From Takakia lepidozioides (Eukaryota > Plantae > Bryophyta), in assembly GCA_030704615.1 (NCBI GenBank), contig CM060732.1, positions 59,892,001-59,956,000 on the forward strand: a DNA stretch of 64,000 nt, given 5' to 3'. A program made the position numbers and the translations under genes. Positions 51,596 to 64,000 of the stretch are shown one piece after another. The notes beneath the pieces are model-generated. The model was given only the letters and a program-made list of their open reading frames with translations. It was not told the DNA's origin and ran no database searches. Position 1 is the first letter of the stretch. Each line of letters starts with the position of its first letter.

Positions 51596-54500
51596 TCTCT
51601 TTCACAGAACTATCCTCCACTGTGGTAGAGTAGGCACTGGAAACTAGGGAAAGATAAAGAAGCTTGCAGAATTTGTAAGTGCTTATTTCTAAATGGCCGC
51701 CACTCAGATGCTTTTTGACATTAAGATCCTACGAAAACACACAATCGCCTGGCCATCAAGTTAATATCCTGCCTCAACTCAAATTGGTCTCAGATTCTAC
51801 TTGGGACCAAGCCTTTGTCCTGTAGGATTTGTGACCTTGATATGACCCAGTCCCACTCTAAATGGCCCAATGGGGATTGTAGGAACTCACAGTTATCTCT
51901 TTCCCTTCTTGGTGTTGGGCATGGTGGTGGTCAAATGATGGCTGTTGCTCTGCTGAAGACAAAGAAAACGTCTTGTTGAATTCACTGAATCTCCTCGAGG
52001 GTGACACGAGGTAAGTGAATGATGAAACCAGCCAATCAGTATATCATCTATTCATCCACTCACTTGGACATTCAGATATTTCTGGATGAAGACTGGTAAG
52101 CCACATAAATGTCTTAAAAATACAAAGGGAAAACTAGGATTATGGACTGATCAACGGTTTCTCCTTTGTTTCATTGATTGGTGATTTTTATTTGGTGCTT
52201 AGACAACTTTTGACAAAATGTCTTACATGCTGACGGTCTCGTCGTCTCGTCCCTGTATGTTCATTCCTCTCTGAATTATGTGGGACCTCCTGGCTCTCAA
52301 TTCTTTGCTTCATCTTCCTGAAGTTCACTGATCTGAAATTCATTGCTCTTTCTCGAGGCTTGTCCGTTCTCCTTTGTTGATTCGGCCGTGCGTGTCCTCT
52401 TTGTGGCTTTAAAATCATCATACCCACCATAACCGACCCAAATAAGTTCCCAATGACTTTAGGGCCTCTGTCTCTCATGTTTTTTGAATGAACAGTTCCT
52501 TTGTATGCGATTGAATTGAAGAAAGGGGAGGGGAGGCCCCAAACTCAGGTATAAAAACAAGGAAAGAATAACCTTGCATTTGAAGGCAAACACAGACACA
52601 CAGGCTACAACCGCGACATCTTAGCAATTTCAAAAACCTCCTCTATCATAATGCTCTCACAGAGAATGATTGTGTTCAAATGGAATGGTTTGACATGTGT
52701 AGATCTAAATGATCTCAGCCACTGATAAAGATTTGAATTAAATTTCTTTCATTTTTATTTTTTTTCTTTGGGGCAACTGAGTATGGTGATGTTGATTTTG
52801 TGGTGGAAAAGGGAAAGGCATAGTCAGCAGCAGCGTCCGGGAAATAATTTCAGTTGAACCAGCCAGTAGCCGCTCATTCCCAGCAGCAATCGGCTAAGTG
52901 GGTTGGGCAGTCGGTTGCTGCCCCTTAGTGGTAACTATACCCGGTCAATTTCCGAGATAATTTCTTTACAACCGGTAATATTCCTAATGATTTATTTTGT
53001 GTTCAGCTATAAATCCGGCCCTTATAAATTTCAACCGGTTGACAACACAAGTGTCAAATGCACAACAATAAGTAAATAATAATAATAATAAATAATCACA
53101 ACCAGTTTTAAGCAATTCAAACAAGTGAAGAACATTGTATCCTTATAGAAGTTGGACCTGTCAATGCCTTCAAACCACATGGAGGCCAAGAATTGAACCC
53201 GCGTGGACAGGTGAGCTGTGATAGCAGGCAGCGAGTGCAAGCAGGCGTGGGGCTGGGGCTGGGGCTGCGAGAGCAACGTCCAAACTTAGTAGGGTTTGCC
53301 CGCGGGCCTGCCCTCTTTGAGTTCAATATTTTTTCACCTAAACGCCCTTCCTTGGATGTAACCCGGCCTGGCACGTTGGATTTCTGCCATGTGGTGGACT
53401 TCGACGGCCATTTCCATATTTTGTAATATAAGAAGGGCCGGAATCCGTCGAGGCCTTGCCAACTAAGGCAGATTTCCTGTCTGTAATGAAATGGAAAGGC
53501 AAATATCCTTCCTAAAAGTAGGGCACCTGGTTGATTTCCACTTCGGCCATTTTTTCCCTCGGATCCATTTCCTGAGGTTTCATATTTCATTCGGAAATTC
53601 TGGAATTCAGTCGGCTAGCATGTAACTGGCTGCCGGTTCTCCCCGGACGTTGGTCAGCAGCTCAGTGAAAAAGCGAAGAGGTCTAAAGTGTCAACAATAA
53701 AACCTGACAGCCCAATATTCCCTCCTTTTCATTCCTTCCTCCCTTTTGACAACTATCACTTTCCAGCCACCGCAGTAACCTGGAAGCTTGACAAACTGAC
53801 AAATGCCTGGTGAAGGATGGATGTAGATCTGCCAGCACCGAACTTTCTCATCCTCCCCATCCGACCAAAGCACATACAATGGATGAAAAGTGGAAGCAAG
53901 TGGGCTTTGCTCATCCCTTTGACTCCGGATATTGACCAACCGCACACTCCATTTCGTCAAATGGACAACGGCAGTTTTTTTCAAACCTGTATTTACAATT
54001 TTACATTTATTTTTATTGAAAAGGTTTTTACTTATTTATCTAACTCACTACCTTGACAAATACGTAATTGTTCAAAAATAATTTTAATAATTTCCCCTCA
54101 ATAATTTTAATAAAGCTCCGAGGGGCTTTCCTCCCAAAAATAACAAAAATAACAAAAAACAAAAAGGTTCAATAAAGTGCCAGCTTGTGCTTTCAAGTTT
54201 GTCCCTTAAAAAAAACAAATCCACTGCAGAAACTAGCTGTCTCTTTCTAAAGGTGGAGGGTGGTTAGGTATAGGGCTAGGGTTAGGGTTAGGGTTAGCAC
54301 CAATGTTGGGCGGTTATTTAAATTTCTCTCTAACACCGGTTACCTATCCGGTCTATATATGACCGGCAGAGGTGAAAAATTGAAGTAACCGGTCGAGTTA
54401 GGAACCGGCGGAAGTCAGGCATTCAAATAACCGAGCAAAGGACCTTTTCAAGAACCGCCCAATACCCGCAGTTATTTGATAAAAACCATCGGTTATTTGA

Positions 54501-55258
54501 GGTTTTTTTGCAAGTAACCGCAACCGCAGGTTATATCTAGCCATAGGAAAATTATTAACCGCAATCGGAGGTTAATAGTTTCCTAAAATTCCAAGCTACC
54601 GAAACCGCCTGTTATGAAAAAGTTCAAATAGCGGTTGACCGCGGATCACCGTCGTTGCCGATGAACGACGATGGGCGCCGCAACCGCGTCAGCCCGTTGA
54701 CGGTAACGGGCCCAAAGCTGGCAGTGGGCCACACGAGGACTTTATATTCCGCAATCATCTGCGAGCTACTTCACTGATCCGCATCGCCGCCTCCACCACC
54801 TTCGAGCTACTTGCTGATACATCTCTTTTGTGACCACTGAGATTGACAAGTTGACTAGTTATTGAGCATTTCTTTCTGTGTGCACTGATCACCTGACTCT
54901 CAAGAGAACTAGATGCTTAGCAACGCTGAGAGTATGAATCTTGTCTAGAGACATAAGGGAGGCAGAGAGAGAGTGTGCCACATTTCAGAGTGCGGGTGCT
55001 GAATTGGAAGGAGTTAACTACTATATGGTCTAGGTTGATATCACTTCCAATTCGTACATGTATGCCCAGTCTTTGATCAGTATTCAATATATGACTTGAA
55101 TTTTAGCTGGAAGTCCTGCAATAACCGAGAAGGGCAGAGATCAACTGCTAGTATTGGACATTGATGCAAATAGCTGGAACGGTGTAAACGTTCAGCACCT
55201 GTTTGACTGAGAGGAAGTTGAAGTTCAGGTCTGCAACCAGCTGTAGAGTTCCGAGTAG

Positions 55259-57221
<1,963 letters not shown>

Positions 57222-60200
57222 GCCTCAATGGTGGAGCTGGTGGACATAGTCTTTGTGAATTACGAGGAGATGATCTTCAAGAGCGTACATGTATGTATAG
57301 ATCTATGACTTCTAGATTAAACACTTCCCAAACTGAGAACTGGGCCCGGCACTTGAAATTCGCGAGGCTAATCAGAGATCCTCGATGTAATTGTACATGA
57401 GATACTGTGGCTTAGGAAAGCTAACTACATACTAAACAAGCTCTCATTCCTTAGCGTGGTCAACAAATTATTTAAATTACTGGGACCAGTGTGCACAGTT
57501 CTTAGGCCTTTTCACTTGAGACTGACCTGGGTTTTCAGATCCTTAAGAGAAGGAAGCATCCGCAGAAAGATGCACCTGCACAGACCAAATGGTCTGGCCA
57601 TACTCGAGCGATGAATAAATTTGTCTTACCACAACTTTTCGTGTGATCTGTGAACTCGTCTACTTCTCAATCTACCGTGTCTGTATCTGTGAGGTCCCAG
57701 TTTCTGTTTCTGATCTATTCTTTAATAAATTGTTTGTTTCTTTTCATTCCAACAAGAGGGAAACCAGCTTAGAAACGATTCAAAACTCAATGAAACCAGC
57801 CATTCAATTCCATGATTTCAACAAATTTGCTTTGAATGTTAAAGACATCATCTACTGAATTATCCATTCTCCCTGAACAATAGCAACAATGTAACGGTAC
57901 CCCCCTAACCAACCTGTCAAATTGTTCCCACTCCTTCTTGAGAGAGAGAGTACAAACTGGACACCAATCAGTACTACTATGCTCTCTAAAGAGAGGGTTG
58001 GTTGCCTAAATGCCATTTTTCACTGCATTTTTACTCAAATTGCAAATCCGAGCATTCTGAATGGCGTCCTACTGAATAAAATTCGTCGTGGGGACGCTAC
58101 CGAGTCATCTCTTTCATACTGTTTATTGTTCACATCCTACCAATCTCCTTTCCTTCTTCTATCTGGACTAAGTACCAAAACAAGAAAAAGAAAATCCATC
58201 GCAACCTCCCCTTTAATCTCTGTGCAACCAAACTTAGGGCTTTGCCATCCTGTACAGAACTGCTCTCACACGAGGAATTGACGCCAGGCGGCATCGTCAA
58301 AATTCCGCCGCAGCAGCATCAAAGCTGCCCATATCCACAGAGCAAAGCCCACAAGTGGCCTTGCATCCTTGTAGTACCAATACCAAAATTGCCGAGTCTT
58401 CAGTCTGTGATCTTCCAAGCATTTGTGACTCTAGGGAAGCATGGTTACCAACACGATTGTGCCCACTGCATCTAACAATCTGAGCCAGCTGAACATCCTG
58501 CTTTCCCGTCCCAGAGAAATTGCACCACATAAATACTAACTAAGCGAGTCACCGTTGTCGTGATCCTCCGCCTGGGAACGTCTACAGGCCATATTGCAGC
58601 CGTATTCTTCTTTGTCTGCTTTGGATTTAAAGATGGCGCCTCTGAACCAACACAATCACAACTTGACACCACAACCATAGATCGGACTAGCTTACCTGGA
58701 GTTCTTTGCAGAAACCAAAACTGAGATCACGCACTCTCGTCGTTCTACGAAACAAACATCAGCTGCAATCTGCACAACTTTGCAATTACTTCCACCTGAC
58801 ACAATGACCTTGTAACTTATATAATGTCCACAGTGTGACAGCCTACATAAGCAGGCGTCCTCCATTGAATTTTGAGATTCCAGTTAGAACGGTTGAGCTT
58901 CTATGGTACATGCGTTTGCAAGCCCATTGCCAGATACCTCTGCGAGGCTGCTGTTTTACATTTTGCAGATCAGTAGACGATGAACCGCCAGCCTCGTAAG
59001 CCGAAGTCACCTGCCCAGGACGATTTGCCTTCTTCTCTCTCTGCATCAAAACTGTGGTCTGTTTCTGTCTGCAAGTTCTGTCTGCAACTTTCCCGGCGAG
59101 GTACCCAACATTACGAGATCAAAATGTCGCCCTGAATCTCACCTTTCCGAGCATGCCGCCAGCAGATTTTTATCGGTCTTACGAAAATGTGTGCAATATC
59201 ACATCCATCATCTCTCGGTGATCGAATATATTTTATGTGTTTAGGATGTCATTTGACGATGCTTGTTTGCCTGTGAGGAGGGGTTTGACGTTGAACAATG
59301 TCGGATAACTAGCCGTACCATTATTTTGACCACCAGTCAGTAGCTCAGTTGGATAGCGCACTGAGTGCCACCTGCTACATTGTCGAGTGTGGTATGTTCT
59401 TCTCCCCCTTCCCTTGGGCAAGCTGAGAACACTCCACTGTTTTGCTGCGCTTGGTAGAATGTATTTTGCAATGGGGGGATGTTGTTGGCATCTTGAATGA
59501 ACGGTTTGATGTCTTGACAAGGGGGCCGGACCGGGCTTTTGAGTTGCATTGATATCGTTGAATAGTGGGCAGCAGCCAGGAGTCTGTTATTTCCAGGTCA
59601 ATTAAGTGTCCAGAATGAGTTGCTCGTCATTCGGATCTGAGCTTGGCGCATTTAGGAAATATATCTTTGATGCAGGGGACCTGCTGCTCACTCGAGAATT
59701 TTCAACGGACGGTGAAAGGAAATTACGATGACTACAATGCATGAGGGTGAGAAGCACATGAACGCCACACACGAGGTGCGTGTGCCGACATATGGCGAGC
59801 TGACTTCTCAGTTACGCGCTATGGAGGACGACATGACAAGGATCCATCAGCAGGTTCAGGATATAATTAGAGCCTTGTCTTCACGAGAACATGTTCAACT
59901 TAGCAACTTTCAGGATGTCAAGAACCAACATATAGAAAGAACGGTCCGGCAGCAGCCGAAGCTGATGAACGAAAACGACGAGGTTCAGATAAGCTTAGAT
60001 CATGGCCAGGCTAGTAGGGACCCTGAGATACCTACGTCGGCAGACCTGGTCCGTTTGCAGTACATCGAAGACAGGCTTCACCTTGTAAACTTTGGACGTT
60101 CCTGATCAATTACCAAAACTCTGTGCCAAGGCCCGAAACATGTGACTTCAGGAAAAAGGAGAGTTGTCCCAGCCTCAAGGGGAAAAGTTCTTATTTGACA

Positions 60201-61239
60201 AGCTTGCACTTCCAAACATGGACTTGTCTTCCACTTTATTAAGTATTGTAGATTACGCTCTGACAGATCTGCAGCAGATATCCGCTAAGTTATGCACTGG
60301 CAGTTTAGGATTGAAATTTTTCGCCACCTGCAATACTAACTTGCGATATGAGCTCCGCATCTTTAGAGCCTGCACGCACCCTCTGCAACGATCAAGCAGT
60401 TCACGAGCACCAAAGTTTCTTACTTTTGGACAAGCTGAGTATGTAATATTTCTGGACTTTTAGACATATCACTTGAGTTAATTCCAAAAATATAATTAAT
60501 TTGTGTCGAATCTGACAGCAACGTAGGGTATTCCCACACCCAGTTGGTGGATTTGAGCATCACCCATTTTACAAGAACCTCATCACCATCCACAAATGGT
60601 GATGAATATACATCTTGGGGTAGGGAATTCCAAAAAGGCCTTGATGTGAAATGCATCGCAATTCACTTGATCACCCCCCTATAGTGCGCAACTGCAAAAA
60701 CTAGCTTGAAAACAACCCTAATTTGCAATTCAATTGAATTGTCATTACACAACTCGCAATACACTGATTGAATTGTAATCTATAAATTTTAATTTATATT
60801 ATGTATATTATATATATGTATATGTATATATTCATCTTTTATATATATACACATACGAGAATATAAGCTGAAAATACAACTATTCCTGCTGCCCGTCCAG
60901 GAATGGGGCCCGTCCAGAAATGAGACAGTAGGGGAAATAAATCGACGGAAGTACTACGAATGGAGCCATGGTGCCGTTCATTCACTGCTTGATATCTATG
61001 AGGAGAAGTAGAATTACTTAAGCTTAAGCTTATTGAGCTTAGACAGAGGTTTGTTTTCAAGCTCCTGTATTTGTAACGACGTGTGTGCAAGGTGGTGGGC
61101 TATGAGCGGCATGATCCCAACTCGAACGGTATGTCTTCATTTACTTCACTTCTTTTTTACCATCATTTTTCTATGCCAACTATTTGAAGGCATATTTTCT
61201 CAGTTGTTTCTCTTTACACAACATTGTGTTTTGAACTAA

Positions 61240-61450
61240 GGTCTTATGCCGCAAGGTACTTTGTAATGCGTGTGCAAGCCTGACAGCTTTTAAGAAGGAC
61301 AAAGAGATCCAGGTGACATCTGAAATTGCACCAGATGTCATTCTAAACATTGCACTGTTGGAAATGTATGCCAAATGTGGGTGCAACAATGCAACAAATG
61401 GGAGTGTTTGACAATGTGGCTGAATGAGATGTGGTGTTTTGGAGTGGCAT
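61240..61450 (+). pseudogene. PPR-protein fragment, degraded
   Basis: Translates in pieces as NACASL..PDVILNIALLEMYAKCG..VFDNVAE*DVVFW. Confidence 0.6.
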
Positions 61451-62199
61451 GTATCCTACCCCTGGCACTGATGGACCTGACTCACTGGGAAGAAGAGCTC
61501 TGGGTTATTAATATGCTTTGGACAGAGACTTAGCTCAAATTTGGGTGATGGAGGGTCATTAGCAAGTACTAATTCTCACTCCACACAGCCAGACACTGGA
61601 TTTGAACGGTGTGAGAATTGTAAGCAGTTGATTCCAGCTCGAACATTTGTTCTTCATTAAACTTACTGCATGTCAATTTTCCTACATCAAATGAGCAAAT
61701 TTTGTACTCATCTAGAACTCTTTGTGGAGCGACTATCACTGATTGTCTATCTCAGTTCTCTTGCTTCAATTAAATCTCGTCATATTTCCAGTATGAACCA
61801 GCCCTTAAATCACCTCTCCAGTTTGTTGGAGTGTTGGTGAGTGTTATGTCAATTTTCTTCATGCATTGAGGGACTCAGACTCCATGAGAAGGAATCGGTT
61901 CCCATTGTACTGCTCCCTGAAAAAATATCCTAGATAACCCTACTTAGGACGGTCTATGCATGATATCTCTTGGTTATTGCATGCCCATAAAAAGAATGTG
62001 ACACGCTGCACAGTACCTGGCCAAACATGATTCATTACATTATGGTCCACCAGAAGATTTTGCACTGCTGGTTCAATAAATTTGCATCCTTATGTGTACT
62101 GCAATGGTCAGAAAGGAGAAGACAAGCTGGCATGCCCACATATTTCCGGCGCGTGCTTACTAGGTCTTCTAGTCGTAACAAAGGTGACTCTGTTTGATT

Positions 62200-62900
62200 T
62201 AAGTTGAGAGAATTCATAATCAAATCATGTAGTGTGTTTTAGTGAAACCTAGCCAAACATGTTTCTACATAACACTTTTGTCAACATGTATGTGAAGTGT
62301 AGGAGTATCGTGGATGCACAACGCGTGTTTGATAAAATGCCTAAACGGAATATGTTTTCGTGGACTATAATGATGTTAGGCTATACCAAGCATGGTTGTG
62401 GTAGAAAGACCTTTGAGATGTATGGGCAAATGATACAGGAAGGGATGAAGCCCGACCAGGTCACATTCATTGGTGTTCTCAAGGCGTGTGCTAGCCTGGT
62501 AGCCTTGGAACAGGGCAAAGAGGTCCATGCTGACATCATGAAAGCTCAGATTGCACAAACTACCATTCTTGACAATACCCTTGTGGGCATGTATGCCAAA
62601 TCCGGGAGCATTAAGGATGCAAAGGTAGTGTTTGAGAAGATGGCTAAACAAGATGTGGTATCATAATGATTGTAGGATATGCCGCCGCATGGTTGTGGGA
62701 TGAAATCTTTGGAGACCTATGAGCAAATGATGCTGAAAGAGGTACAGCCCAACCAGGATATTTGTTTGCCTAAATGCAATGCGTATGCAAGCCTAGCAGC
62801 CCTGGGAAAGGGCAAAGAGGTCCATGTGTTGACATCAGGAAAGCTGGGATTGTACCAAATATCATTCTGGAAAATGCATGATATGTACTCGAAGACCAAA
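62200..62900 (+). pseudogene. PLS-class pentatricopeptide repeat protein pseudogene fragment
   Basis: NTFVNMYVKCRSIVDAQRVFDKMPKRNMFSWTIM..KPDQVTFIGVLKACASL..MYAKSGSIKDAKVVFEKM, followed by a stop and frameshifts. Confidence 0.85.
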
Positions 62901-63082
62901 CATAACCAATTTGTCATAAGCTGCATCACGAATTGCATATATGTTTTAGTTTGCCTACAATTTTGTGCGATATGTAATGTAAGCAAACGTCTTGCATGTG
63001 CATCTACAAAGAATATTAAGATGCATGAGACAAAATACTTATAATCGATGTGCCATAGAGCCATAGGCATTGTCACATTATA

Positions 63083-63628
63083 AGAAAGATGAACCTTAAA
63101 TGGACAGTTTATCTAGTGCTCATGATTAGAATGAGTGGAGGAAAATGGACATAATTTTCATGGATTAGCAAATGAAAAAGAAACAAGATGTAAGTGGTTT
63201 CATGAATTATATTTGAAACTTGAAATTGATATGTTTTTCCAAACTTTGGACTCATAGACACCTAATTTTGACACATAGGCCCCCTCAAAAGTGAACAACG
63301 TTCATCCTATTATGGTTACTATGCCATCCAATTATAATTGTATGTTGTCTTGAAATAGACATAAAGATAGGCTAATTATGAAAATAACATTAACCTTAAA
63401 TGGACATCGACTAACCGACAGTTTCTTGTATGCGGCCTTGCCGGCCTGCTGTCCCATAAATGCAAAATATCTACCTTCTTGCAAGTTTGTTTGAACCTAA
63501 AATGGTCATAGTGTCGAGTTAGTGTGGGCCCCATTTGCTTGTTATCATCTCAAGGTCAAGGAGCCACTTTTCAGATACAAATGTAGGTGTCCATTTAAGG
63601 GAAGTGTCCATTTAAGGTTCATCTCCCT
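63083..63628. mobile_element. MITE-like TIR element
   Basis: AGATGAACCTTAAATGGACA (63087) and TGTCCATTTAAGGTTCATCT (63605) form a perfect 20-bp inverted pair, extendable outward to TA flanks. The motif also occurs as internal subterminal copies. Confidence 0.75.
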
Positions 63629-64000
63629 TACTGAGTCCTCCAAATTATCTGTGCCCTTCTCTTACGCTCGTAATGGTAGGGTGAGATGATTTTCAAAGCT
63701 TCCCCCACCTTCCTTCGATGAATCCGCAAATTTGACCCCCTTAAGGCAGATTGCATTGTTCTCATTCCCCAATTTGTCCCATTCTCTTCAATAGGAAGTA
63801 ATTCTTAAATCTTTTCACTGGACACTCAATTGATGACCTTGGACTTCTGATAGCAATCTTTTCAACGGTCGTACATCATCAAGAAAGGGTAATGGCGATT
63901 GATTTCATTGTAGCACCCTCATTCAACATTGCTTTCACATAAAGTACTAAATCATCCACTACTTTGTCACCGTCAAAATGGTTGTTTTCGGCCATGCTCA

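Noticed and set aside
54271-54297. Interstitial telomere (TTAGGG-like run)
   Set aside because: Only about four imperfect units; too short to call.

Overview
Eukaryotic nuclear DNA from a land plant, probably a seed-free lineage (inferred from the moss-like RpoT N-terminus and PLS-type PPR remnants). The first ~19 kb is a transposon-rich block. It holds a degraded hAT (BED + DUF659) transposase, a near-complete decayed Ty1/Copia element and several non-autonomous TIR elements. Most notably, it holds a minus-strand LTR-retrotransposon-like element (~7560-15298) whose single long reading frame fuses Gag, two zinc knuckles and an aspartic protease to a C5-cytosine DNA methyltransferase domain. 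That element also has a CpG-decaying 10-bp satellite in its leader and structured terminal repeats with no tRNA primer site that I could find. The rest of the window is gene space: a DA2/GW2-type RING E3 ligase (one U12-type intron, other introns full of LINE 3' ends), a convergent ~20-exon phage-type organellar RNA polymerase (RpoT), two class III peroxidases, an RPL13 copy with a defective-looking splice acceptor, and PPR pseudogene fragments. Exon coordinates were read by eye and may be off by a few bases.
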